Shown here: positions 1-7,848 of the stretch, one piece after another
How the letters are laid out: every line of letters begins with the position of its first letter
Numbering within the stretch: position 1 is the first letter of the stretch
Origin: Candidatus Saccharimonadota bacterium
Lineage (GTDB): Archaea; Nanobdellota; Nanobdellia; Pacearchaeales; GW2011-AR1
DNA length: 32,000 nt
Direction: 5' to 3'
NCBI GenBank assembly: GCA_049511795.1
Contig: JBEKXS010000002.1
Location: 60,001 to 92,000, forward strand
The notes under the pieces: generated by a model
The model's input: only the letters and a program-made list of their open reading frames with translations
What the model was told of the DNA's origin: nothing
Databases searched by the model: none
Translations under genes and position numbers: made by a program

Positions 1-1154
1 TCAATATTCTCTTTGCCTGCAAATTTCTTAAGATTGTTTTTGAATTCTACTTGTTTGATATAAAACTCAGGCATTTCAATAAACTCGACTTCTGCGCCAC
101 TTCTTTCAGAAACCGGTGTTCTATGCACAATGTTTTCTTGTTTCTGTATAAGATTTTTCTCCTTGAGCAATTCAATAATTTTCTTTCTTGCCTCTTTGAC
201 TTTTAGTCCCTTTAAAACTCCAGCATGTTCATTCATAGTTCCGTCTGCATTGATTGCAATTACTGGTTTCAGCCCTTCTTCCCTGAAAAACTGGATGTCT
301 GACAAATCTCCTACAGAACACATCATCATAATTCCTGTTCCTTTTTCTTCAGCTGCCAAAGAATGTGATTTTATTTTTACTTCTTTCCCAAAAATAGGGC
401 TTATTGCTGTTTTTCCGTTAAGTCCTTTATATCTAGCGTCATTTTGGTTAAATATGACCGCACCACAAGTGCATATCAATTCAGGCCTTGTTGTTCCGAT
501 TATAATTTCTTTTCCTGTCTCCTTGATTTTCCATTTGACAAAGTTAAAAGTGCTTGGCAAATCTCTGTATTCTATTTCAGAATCAGCAATAGTGGTCTGC
601 AGTTTAGGGTCCCAGTTGTTTATTCTAGTATCTTCATAGACTAATCCTTTTTTGAATAAATCAACAAATGTTGCCTGGGTTATTCTTCTATACTCTTCTG
701 AATCTGTTAGATAAACAGAACCAATATTCTTGCTTTTTTTATATGAAGTAAAAGAAATTCCTAATTTAGCAAAAGTATCTTCTGTTTCAGTAGAAGTCCT
801 TTCCAATATTTTCTTGCAGTATTCAATAAATTTTTCTCTTGGAATATGAAAAGGCGAGACCCCAAACTCTTTTTCAGCAGCCATTTCAATAGGAAGACCA
901 TTCCTGTCTAGTCCCAAGGGGAAAATAACTTCAAAACCTCTCATTCTTCTATATCTTGCAAAAAAATCCATGTAGCAGTAAGTGACTGCTTGCCCTATAT
1001 GGATAGGTGCATTAACATAAGGAGGAGGGGTATCAATAGAGTATATCTTTTTTTTTGTTTTTTGGTCAAATTTGAACATCTCTGCTTTCTTCCACTTGTC
1101 CGTTATCTCTTTTTCCAGCTCAAGGTTCCAGTTTTTTATGTCCTTAAGTGCCAT
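1..1154 (-). CDS. valS: valyl-tRNA synthetase, N-terminal ~384 codons (partial; C-terminus lies left of the window)
   Basis: The minus frame is open from the window edge to the ATG at 1152-1154. Hand translation starts MALKDIKNWNLELEKEITDKWKK...IDTPPPYVNAPIHIGQAVTYCYMDFFARYRRMRGFEVIFPLGLDRNGLPIE and continues through GTTRPEL and GTGIMMMCSVGDLSD, an archaeal class-Ia ValRS pattern. It is not in the ORF track because no stop lies inside the window. The + ORFs 130-639 and 444-644 are its antisense shadows. Confidence 0.75.
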   Translation of the reverse strand, partial: MALKDIKNWNLELEKEITDKWKKAEMFKFDQKTKKKIYSIDTPPPYVNAPIHIGQAVTYCYMDFFARYRRMRGFEVIFPLGLDRNGLPIEMAAEKEFGVSPFHIPREKFIEYCKKILERTSTETEDTFAKLGISFTSYKKSKNIGSVYLTDSEEYRRITQATFVDLFKKGLVYEDTRINNWDPKLQTTIADSEIEYRDLPSTFNFVKWKIKETGKEIIIGTTRPELICTCGAVIFNQNDARYKGLNGKTAISPIFGKEVKIKSHSLAAEEKGTGIMMMCSVGDLSDIQFFREEGLKPVIAINADGTMNEHAGVLKGLKVKEARKKIIELLKEKNLIQKQENIVHRTPVSERSGAEVEFIEMPEFYIKQVEFKNNLKKFAGKENI

Positions 1155-1175
1155 TAATATCTTTAATACAATAAC

Positions 1176-1183
1176 TTTTAAAA
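1176..1183. promoter_or_regulatory. palindromic TATA-like box TTTTAAAA in the 54-bp valS/secG divergent gap
   Basis: It lies 21 nt from the valS ATG (1154, minus) and 25 nt from the secG ATG (1209, plus). The same spacing recurs at many genes in the window. Confidence 0.4.
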
Positions 1184-1208
1184 ACTATACCCTTCTTTTT
1201 ACATTATT

Positions 1209-1367
1209 ATGGCAGACGACAGAATACAGATGCCCGCTGGATTCGGCGGGTTAATGAGATTTGAAGAAGAATATGAGTCAAAGATAATGCTAAAACCAGC
1301 TCATGTAGTTGCATTTGTAGTTTTCATTCTTGTTTTCAGGATTGCACTAGGATTCTTGATTAAATAA
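1209..1367 (+). CDS. secG: preprotein translocase subunit Sec61-beta / SecG (52 aa, below the ORF-track size cutoff)
   Basis: Hand translation gives MADDRIQMPAGFGGLMRFEEEYESKIMLKPAHVVAFVVFILVFRIALGFLIK*. It has the G-x-G-L-x-R-F/Y-x-E-E type motif followed by one C-terminal TM helix, which is the archaeal Sec61-beta layout. Confidence 0.7.
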   Translation: MADDRIQMPAGFGGLMRFEEEYESKIMLKPAHVVAFVVFILVFRIALGFLIK

Positions 1368-1390
1368 ACAATAAATAAAATTTTAATAAA

Positions 1391-1738
1391 ATGTTTGGCG
1401 GATTAGGCGGTCTTGGTGGTGGATTAAACCCAAAAAAGATGCAGGCTATGATGAAACAGCTTGGCATGTCTCAGGAAGACATAGATGCTTCTCGTGTTGT
1501 GATAGAAAAAAATGACGGCAAAAGGCTTGTGATTGAAAATCCCTCTGTTGCAAAAATCTCCATGGGCGGGCAGGAAAGCTTCCAGATTTCAGGCGAGGCA
1601 AAAGAAGAATCTGGTTTTGAGATTTCAGATGAAGATGTAAAAACAGTCATGGAGAAAACAGGCGCAACAAAGGAAAAGGCAAGAAAAACTCTTGAAGAAA
1701 CAAGAGACATTGCAGATGCAATTCTAAAGTTAAGCTAA
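1391..1738 (+). CDS. nac: nascent polypeptide-associated complex protein (archaeal NAC-alpha homologue)
   Basis: 115 aa. NAC barrel core (RVVIEKNDGKRLVIENPSVAKISMGGQESFQISGE) plus a C-terminal UBA-like segment (DEDVKTVMEKTGATKEKARKTLEETRDIADAILKL). Confidence 0.85.
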   Translation: MFGGLGGLGGGLNPKKMQAMMKQLGMSQEDIDASRVVIEKNDGKRLVIENPSVAKISMGGQESFQISGEAKEESGFEISDEDVKTVMEKTGATKEKARKTLEETRDIADAILKLS

Positions 1739-1800
1739 TGATTCTGGTATGTATTTTAAACCACCAATAATCATATTAATTTGGCAATCTTCTTTAAACA

Positions 1801-2274
1801 ATGGAAAAATTCCTTGAAAGTCTTGAGGAAGCTGAAAAAACCATGAAGACTCTTGATCACATGGTTTATGTGACTTTTCCTCTTATAAAAGATAAAAGGC
1901 TTCTTTTGAAAGTCATTCAGGAAATAAAAAAATCAGTTACAGACTGCATAACGGCAATTCTGCAGTTTGAATATCTTTTCAAACGTGTGAATTTGTCAAG
2001 AGACCCAAAGGAAAACTTCAAGACATTCACTGAAAAATGCGCTCCTAAGTATGGCATTGACAAAAACGAGTTGGCTTTGATTTTCGAGCTGTTTGATTTC
2101 GTGGAAAAGCACAAGGCAAGCCCTTTTGAATTCATAAAAGGAGAAAAGGTTGTAATTCTTTCCGAAAGCATGAACCAGACAACCTTAAGCCTGGATAAAA
2201 CAAAGCAATTTCTCAACATGGCAAAAGATATTCTTAAAAAAACAAGAGAGGGTATGAGAAAAAATGTTGGTTAA
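1801..2274 (+). CDS. hypothetical alpha-helical protein (paralogue 1 of a tandem pair)
   Basis: 157-aa ORF with cytoplasmic K/E-rich composition and no antisense alternative. It shares an alignable pattern with the next ORF (DHxxYV near the N-terminus, AIxxIL, EF-K/R...L-DK-K near the C-terminus). I recognise no family. Confidence 0.6.
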   Translation: MEKFLESLEEAEKTMKTLDHMVYVTFPLIKDKRLLLKVIQEIKKSVTDCITAILQFEYLFKRVNLSRDPKENFKTFTEKCAPKYGIDKNELALIFELFDFVEKHKASPFEFIKGEKVVILSESMNQTTLSLDKTKQFLNMAKDILKKTREGMRKNVG

Positions 2275-2375
2275 ATTTTACTTCGGAAAAATGACATAAA
2301 GAAAAGTATAAATAGTAGCGCACCCTCTGTAATAAATATAATAAGAACTTTTCTGAGAGGTGAAAAGGGAATTTA

Positions 2376-2816
2376 ATGGAAGAAATAATTCAGGAGAAAA
2401 TCAGCGCTGACCATCTTTTGTATGTCAGCTTAAAATACACAAAGACTTGTGACGTTATCATCAATCTTCTTATACGCTGGAGAAAGATGATAGAGACAGC
2501 TATAAATGTAATTCTAAAAGATGCAAAAAAGAGAAAAAAGATTTCTTCTATACCGACAAATCCAATCGGCCAGATAGAAACTGCAAGAAAAATTTTCAGG
2601 AAAGATCAGAACTTCCAGGAAGTCATGGATATGTATGAAATGTTCAGGAAAATAGAGGAATTAAGAAAAGAGCGCATTGGCGAGTTCAGGAAAAATGTAA
2701 CCTTGAAAGTTTTTTATCTTGGAGAAGAAATAAGCATCAATCTTGACAAGCTCAAGCTTTATGCAGAAAAGCTAGAAAAATTCATAACAACAATCAAGCA
2801 ATTTCATTCATCATAA
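2376..2816 (+). CDS. hypothetical alpha-helical protein (paralogue 2 of a tandem pair)
   Basis: 146-aa ORF. GAGGTGA lies about 12 nt upstream. It is weakly similar to the 1801-2274 product (SADHLLYVSLKYTK vs TLDHMVYVTFPLIK; GEFRKNVTLKVFYLGEEISINLDKLK vs FEFIKGEKVVILSESMNQTTLSLDKTK). Confidence 0.6.
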   Translation: MEEIIQEKISADHLLYVSLKYTKTCDVIINLLIRWRKMIETAINVILKDAKKRKKISSIPTNPIGQIETARKIFRKDQNFQEVMDMYEMFRKIEELRKERIGEFRKNVTLKVFYLGEEISINLDKLKLYAEKLEKFITTIKQFHSS

Positions 2817-2889
2817 ATCATTTTGAAGACTTCTATATCCTAAAATATAAGACTTTTTAAGCTAAAAAATCTATTTACATTAAACAAAA

Positions 2890-3660
2890 ATGTCAAGAAT
2901 CATTGTTATAACATCTGGAAAAGGAGGAGTTGGGAAAACAACAACAGCCATAAATCTTGCAGCCGCAATGAAGTATTTTGGCGAAGATGTTTTGATAATT
3001 GATGGAAATCTCTCAACACCTAATGTTGGTCTGCATTTAAATTCTCCAGAAGTTCCTATAAATCTTAATCATGTTCTTAACGGAAAAGCAGAGCCTTTTG
3101 AGGCTGTTTACGAGCATGAATCAGGAATAAAAATCATGCCTTCTTCCCTTTCATTAAAAGAGCTCAAAAGAACAAGACCTGAAAGACTCAAGGATTTCAG
3201 GAATCAGTTCAAAAAATTATCAAGAAAAATAATTGTTGATAGTTCTGCAGGACTTGGACATGAGGCAATCTCTGCCATTGAAGCAGCTGATGAAGTTATT
3301 GTTGTAACAAATCCAGAAATGCCTGCAATAACAGATGCATTGAAGACAGTAAAACTTGCAGAACAGATGAGAAAGCCAGTTCTTGGTGTGATTGTAACAA
3401 GAGTAAAAAAGAATGACATTGAGCTCGAGCCAGAAGTTGTAAAGGAAATGCTCGAAGTTCCTATTCTTGGAATGGTTCCTGAGGATTTAGCTGTGCAAAA
3501 ATCAATAAAAAACAAATCGCCTGTTGTTCATTCACATCCAAAAAGCAATGCCTCTCGCGCGTACAAGGAAATAGCTGCAAAAATTCTGAATGTTCCATAT
3601 GACTCAAAAAAAGACCAAGATAATGTTGCTGTAAGATTCTACAAATGGCTTGGTTTTTAA
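2890..3660 (+). CDS. minD: MinD/ParA-family P-loop ATPase (archaeal MinD-like)
   Basis: 256 aa. Deviant Walker A SGKGGVGKTT at the N-terminus and overall MinD-like organisation (IIDGNLSTPNVGLHL, VIVVTNPEMPAITDALK). Confidence 0.85.
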   Translation: MSRIIVITSGKGGVGKTTTAINLAAAMKYFGEDVLIIDGNLSTPNVGLHLNSPEVPINLNHVLNGKAEPFEAVYEHESGIKIMPSSLSLKELKRTRPERLKDFRNQFKKLSRKIIVDSSAGLGHEAISAIEAADEVIVVTNPEMPAITDALKTVKLAEQMRKPVLGVIVTRVKKNDIELEPEVVKEMLEVPILGMVPEDLAVQKSIKNKSPVVHSHPKSNASRAYKEIAAKILNVPYDSKKDQDNVAVRFYKWLGF

Positions 3661-3669
3661 TAAATTAAA

Positions 3670-4020
3670 ATGGCTGAAGAAAAAGAAACAATAAAATTCT
3701 CTGACTGGCAAAAGCTTGACATTCGTGTTGGAAAAATTCTGAAAGCAGAAGAAGTTGAAGGAGCTGACAAGCTTTACAAATTATCAATTGACCTTGGAAA
3801 AGAATTAGGAAAAAGAACTCTTGTTGCTGGAATAAAACAACATTATGCCAAAGAAGAGCTTAAAGGAAAATCAATAATTGTATTCACAAACCTTGAGCCA
3901 AGAAAAATAAAAGGAATTGAAAGCCAAGGTATGGTTCTTGCGGCTGTTAGCGGAGATGAAAAAGATGTTTTCTTGCTGCAGCCAGAAAAAAAGATAGAAG
4001 AAGGAAGCAAAGTTAGGTAA
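3670..4020 (+). CDS. free-standing tRNA-binding domain protein (Trbp111 / MetRS C-terminal-domain-like)
   Basis: 116 aa. FSDWQKLDIRVGKILKAEEVEGADKLYKLSIDLG...IVFTNLEPRKIKGIESQGMVLAA matches the OB-fold tRNA-binding domain pattern. It starts 9 nt after the minD stop, so co-transcription is likely. Confidence 0.8.
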   Translation: MAEEKETIKFSDWQKLDIRVGKILKAEEVEGADKLYKLSIDLGKELGKRTLVAGIKQHYAKEELKGKSIIVFTNLEPRKIKGIESQGMVLAAVSGDEKDVFLLQPEKKIEEGSKVR

Positions 4021-4062
4021 ATAAATAATAATTCCAAATTTTTCTGCTACAATTTTTTTACT

Positions 4063-5280
4063 TTAGTAGCAATAATTGTTATTTAAGTCATAACCCCATG
4101 AAGCGGAATATGTATTCCATCCACTAGGACAAAGGACACCATAACCACCTAGAAATCTACAAACTTGGTTGTTGGTTCCATATCCAGTATCTGATACTAA
4201 AGTGCCACCTGCATTAGTACAATCTGCTGAACCATGGACATAATCATATAATGGATTAATAAGACCAGGTTCTACAACAGGTGGTGTAGAATAAAGCACT
4301 TTTACATCACAAATTAAAGAACCTGGACCTCCTTGATTATATAAATAGCCGGCTACAGTTAAGTTTTGACCAGGAGGGATATAAGTTAAGCCCATAGCTT
4401 TGTTATAAGCATGAGTATTTCCATTAGGACACTGAGAATTGGCACCGTTATCATAAGTATCAGATATCTGCTCAAACATCCAAACATTATTATCAAGAGT
4501 GCCTGCACCACTCTTACAATAAGGCTGTGGAACTACAGGTATTGCCAAAGAAGAATCTAAATTTGGAATTGGATATTCCATACCATGAGCGTTTACAGCT
4601 GCGAAATAACCAGGAACACCGACTTCACAATAACCATTATCATCAACTGAACCATTAATAGCGATGCCGAGAACAGCCCTATTTGGATCCAAAGTTATAT
4701 AATGATTACTTATTGGTATAACTGAATTTTGTATATTAGTACTCACATTAATTATATTGCCTAAATCAGTCCAGCTGTATGGCATAAATGATGATCCATC
4801 ATTTCCCCAGTAAATAGGAGTACTGTAATAATCCGGGCGAGCAGCAACATAGGAAGTTTGGATTCCTCCAGAGGATTGAGTAGATGTCTGTAATTGAACA
4901 CCATTAAGAGTAATATATTGCGCACTAAGAGTACCTGTAGTAATCCTTGGGGCGCTTAAATCAAAATTTGGGTCTGGTAGGGTATTAACACCAACAGTTC
5001 CTGGTCCTTGGTGCCATATACCGCCACTAGTAGTTATCCATTGAGAACTTGTTCCTCCTCCATTTGCACAAACCCATGTTCCTCCACTAAATTGTAAAAA
5101 TTGTCCGTCTGCACATCCTGCAGGGGGCGCAACATCTGTAATCAAGTGTCCAGGATTTGGTGCTGTTCCAGGGGTTAATGAATAAACTCCTACTGCCAAA
5201 AAAAGAATTATTCCTAAGGTTATGAATGTATAAAGAGTCCTGTTAGAAATATTGAACTTTTGCTTTTTTCTCTTCACCAT
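4063..5280 (-). CDS. membrane-anchored or secreted Cys-rich surface protein, function unknown
   Basis: 405 aa. Basic N-terminus plus one hydrophobic helix (LYTFITLGIILFLAVGVYS), then a G/N/T/S/Y/P-rich, almost K/E-free ectodomain with 10 Cys. Motifs include PNPGH, CADGQFLQFSGGTWVCANGG and SSQWITTSGGIW...GTVGVNT. The composition differs sharply from the neighbouring genes. Confidence 0.7.
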   Translation of the reverse strand: MVKRKKQKFNISNRTLYTFITLGIILFLAVGVYSLTPGTAPNPGHLITDVAPPAGCADGQFLQFSGGTWVCANGGGTSSQWITTSGGIWHQGPGTVGVNTLPDPNFDLSAPRITTGTLSAQYITLNGVQLQTSTQSSGGIQTSYVAARPDYYSTPIYWGNDGSSFMPYSWTDLGNIINVSTNIQNSVIPISNHYITLDPNRAVLGIAINGSVDDNGYCEVGVPGYFAAVNAHGMEYPIPNLDSSLAIPVVPQPYCKSGAGTLDNNVWMFEQISDTYDNGANSQCPNGNTHAYNKAMGLTYIPPGQNLTVAGYLYNQGGPGSLICDVKVLYSTPPVVEPGLINPLYDYVHGSADCTNAGGTLVSDTGYGTNNQVCRFLGGYGVLCPSGWNTYSASWGYDLNNNYCY

Positions 5281-5348
5281 CTTTTATAATACCTACAAGT
5301 TACTAATGAAAAAAGGATTTAAATATATTATGGTATTTTTCTTGTTCT

Positions 5349-6776
5349 CTAAATCTTCTTGAACAAAATATCAGCTTTCTCGACTTTCTTTATGTCTAAT
5401 GGTTTTTTTACGTTTTCCCAGCTAATTTCAAATCCAAGGTTCTTTGCAATCTTCTTGCTTGTCTCTGGAATAAAAGGCCAGAGAAGGATTGCAATTGCCT
5501 TTATGCTGTCAAGAACCTCATAAAGTTGCTTCTTGTTTTTCGTTTCCCAGAGTTTTTCATTTTGCACATATTCATTACAAATGTCAATGAAAGCGAAAAT
5601 TTCATTCAACGCTTTGTCAAAACCAAAATTTTCAATTTGTTTTTCAATTTCCTTCAGATTTAATTTTTTTAGTAATTTGTTCTCTGTTTTTTTAACTCCA
5701 TATTTCTCTGCAAGTGAAGTCACACGCGAAACTAAATTTCCAAGCTTGTTTGCAAGTTCGTTGTTGTGTCTTTCTTTCAAAACTTCTTCTGAAAAATCCC
5801 CGTCTTCTCCAAATACAAAATTCCTCAAAACATAATATCTTATTGAATCAGAGCCATATTTGTCAACAAGGTAATTAGGAGAGATGACATTTCCAAGGCT
5901 CTTGCTTATTTTTTGCCCGTTAAATGTCAAAAAGCCATGAATAAATACTGTTTTTGGAGTTTCATATCCTGCAGCAAGAAGCATTGCAGGCCAGATGACA
6001 GCATGAAACCATCCATTGTCTTTTCCTAACAAATGAACATCTGCTGGCCAGAATTCCTGATTTTTTCCAGCACCGCTTAAATAATTGAGAAGAGCATCAA
6101 ACCAGACATATACAACATGTTTTTTGTCAAGCGGAAAAGGAACTCCCCAAGAAAAATTTGTTCTTGTAATGCTCAAATCCTGCAAGCCTTCCTTAACTCT
6201 GTTTATTATTTCATTTCTTCTTTCTTTTGGAAGAACAAATTTTTCATCCTTGTACAATTTCAAAAGTTGTTTTTGATATTTGCTTAGCTTGAAAAAATAT
6301 GTTTCTTCTTTAACAAATTCAAGTTTTTTTCCAGGATGCAAAGGGCAGCAGCCATTAACAAGGTCTTTCTCTGTGTAAAATCTCTCACAACCAATACAAT
6401 ATAACCCAGAGTAACTTCCTTTGTAAATATCTTTTTCTATTTTTTTTATGAAATCCTGAACAAATTTTTCATGGTCTTTGTCAGTTGTCCTAATAAATCT
6501 GTCAAAATTAATGTCAAGTTTTTTCCACGCTTCTTCAAACTTCCTAGCCATTTTATTTACAAATTCTTTCTCAGAAAGATGGGCTTCTTTTGCACTTCTT
6601 GATATTTTCTGCCCATGCTCATCTGTTCCTGTCAGAAAGAAGACTTTTTTGCCCTGTAATTTATTCCAGCGGGCAAGAGCATCTGCTACAATTTTTTGGT
6701 ACGCATGACCAATATGCGGCTCTGCATTGACATAATCAATAGCAGTTGTAACATAAAACTTATTTTTTATTGCCAT
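5349..6776 (-). CDS. metG: methionyl-tRNA synthetase, core enzyme without the C-terminal tRNA-binding domain
   Basis: 475 aa. HIGH (AEPHIGHAYQ), KMSKS variant (KISKSLGN) and a zinc knuckle (CIGCERF...CCPLHPG). The protein ends after the helical anticodon-binding domain. Confidence 0.9.
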   Translation of the reverse strand: MAIKNKFYVTTAIDYVNAEPHIGHAYQKIVADALARWNKLQGKKVFFLTGTDEHGQKISRSAKEAHLSEKEFVNKMARKFEEAWKKLDINFDRFIRTTDKDHEKFVQDFIKKIEKDIYKGSYSGLYCIGCERFYTEKDLVNGCCPLHPGKKLEFVKEETYFFKLSKYQKQLLKLYKDEKFVLPKERRNEIINRVKEGLQDLSITRTNFSWGVPFPLDKKHVVYVWFDALLNYLSGAGKNQEFWPADVHLLGKDNGWFHAVIWPAMLLAAGYETPKTVFIHGFLTFNGQKISKSLGNVISPNYLVDKYGSDSIRYYVLRNFVFGEDGDFSEEVLKERHNNELANKLGNLVSRVTSLAEKYGVKKTENKLLKKLNLKEIEKQIENFGFDKALNEIFAFIDICNEYVQNEKLWETKNKKQLYEVLDSIKAIAILLWPFIPETSKKIAKNLGFEISWENVKKPLDIKKVEKADILFKKI

Positions 6777-6838
6777 TTTGTTAGAAGAAGAAAAGAATAT
6801 AAAAAGTTAACCTTATCAAAATTAGGTATGCTGCTTAG

Positions 6839-6909
6839 GCACCAGTAGTTTACCGGTAGAATGAAACCTTCCCAAGGTTTAGATCCGGGTTCAATTCCCG
6901 GCTGGTGCA
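6839..6909 (+). tRNA. tRNA-Gly (anticodon CCC)
   Basis: Cloverleaf folded by hand. Acceptor GCACCAG/CTGGTGC, D-stem GTTT/GAAT (two G-U pairs), anticodon stem AAACC/GGTTT, loop TTCCCAA, 4-nt variable region, T-arm CCGGG-TTCAATT-CCCGG, discriminator A. No CCA is encoded. Confidence 0.85.
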
Positions 6910-6971
6910 TGTTTCAATATATACTTGATTTCCACGAAAATTATTTAAACGAAAGCAATTTTAATACATCC

Positions 6972-7661
6972 ATGTTCAGCAAAAAAAAATGCAAAAGATG
7001 CGGAGAAAAAGTCAAAGATGACTTCAATTATTGTCCATACTGCAATGCTCCATTGAAAGATGTATTTGACAATGAAGACTGGGGAATGCTTGGAAGAAAT
7101 GATTTAGAACCAGACAATAACATAAAAATGCCATTTGGCCTAAATGCATTGTTCAATTCTCTTTTAAAGGATTTAAACAACCAGATGCAGCAAGGCATAC
7201 AGAATAATCAAAATCAACAGCAGAACAATAATTCAAAAGGAAAAATAACAAAAAAACAAGGTGGAATAAGCATTTCAATAAGCACATCTGGGGATAAGCC
7301 TCCTGAAATAAAAGTAAGGAGTTTTGGGAACAATCCAGGAATTCAAGAAGAGCAAAATGTGGAGAATGTTCAAAAAAAAGTTAAGCTTCCTGTATCTGAT
7401 TCAAAAAAATTCTCTGGACTCCCAAAAAAAGAGCCTTTGACAAACATAAGAAGGCTTTCAAACAAAGTTGTCTATGAAATAAAGCTTCCTGGTGTGAAAA
7501 ACGTGAGCGATTTATCTATAGTTCAGCTTGAAAGTAGCATTGAAATAAAAGCTCTTGCAGGAAAAAAGGTTTTTTACAAAATAATTCCAATAAATCTTCC
7601 AATAAACAGTTACAATCTTTCTAACGGAGTCCTTACTCTTGAATTGGATTCAGCTGAATAA
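6972..7661 (+). CDS. zinc-ribbon protein with Q/N-rich linker and C-terminal Hsp20/alpha-crystallin-like domain (putative)
   Basis: The ORF-track start at 6861 overlaps tRNA-Gly, so I take Met38 (ATG 6972), which has TTATTTAA 23 nt upstream. N-terminus CKRCGEKVKDDFNYCPYCNAPL. Linker NNQMQQGIQNNQNQQQNNNSKGK. C-terminus VVYEIKLPGVKNVSDLSIVQLESSIEIKA...YKIIPINLPINSYNLSNGVLTLEL fits the ACD pattern (xLPGV..edi.v....L.I.a...y...i.LP......a...nGvL.i.l). Confidence 0.65.
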   Translation: MFSKKKCKRCGEKVKDDFNYCPYCNAPLKDVFDNEDWGMLGRNDLEPDNNIKMPFGLNALFNSLLKDLNNQMQQGIQNNQNQQQNNNSKGKITKKQGGISISISTSGDKPPEIKVRSFGNNPGIQEEQNVENVQKKVKLPVSDSKKFSGLPKKEPLTNIRRLSNKVVYEIKLPGVKNVSDLSIVQLESSIEIKALAGKKVFYKIIPINLPINSYNLSNGVLTLELDSAE

Positions 7662-7709
7662 AGCAAAGTAAGAAAACTTATAAATATGCATTTTACTGGT
7701 TAGTTAAAT

Positions 7710-7784
7710 GAGGCTGTAGCTCAGCCTGGCTAGAGCACGGCTCTGATAAGGCCGGGGTCCAAGGTTCAAATCCTTGCAGCCTCA
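7710..7784 (+). tRNA. tRNA-Ile (anticodon GAU)
   Basis: Acceptor GAGGCTG/CAGCCTC, D-arm GCTC-AGCCTGGCTA-GAGC, anticodon stem CGGCT/GGCCG, loop CTGATAA, variable GGGTC, T-arm CAAGG-TTCAAAT-CCTTG, discriminator A. TTATAAAT box lies 24 nt upstream. Confidence 0.9.
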
Positions 7785-7813
7785 TTTCCTATTTTTCTCT
7801 TTTCTCTCTTTTC
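7785..7813 (+). terminator. T-rich tract after tRNA-Ile (archaeal oligo-T terminator candidate)
   Basis: TTTCCTATTTTTCTCTTTTCTCTCTTTTC follows the tRNA 3' end directly. Confidence 0.35.
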
Positions 7814-7848
7814 AATAATTTTAAAAACCAACTTTTTCTTGATAAATC

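Noticed and set aside
130-644. Plus-strand ORFs 130-639 and 444-644.
   Set aside because: They are antisense to the partial valS gene, whose minus frame is open across the whole region and gives a clear ValRS translation. The products are hydrophobic and low-complexity.
6861-6971. ORF-track start of the zinc-ribbon/ACD gene at 6861.
   Set aside because: Its first 16 codons (MKPSQGLDPGSIPGWC) are simply tRNA-Gly read as protein. A TATA-like box lies between the tRNA and the ATG at 6972, and the zinc ribbon begins right after that Met.
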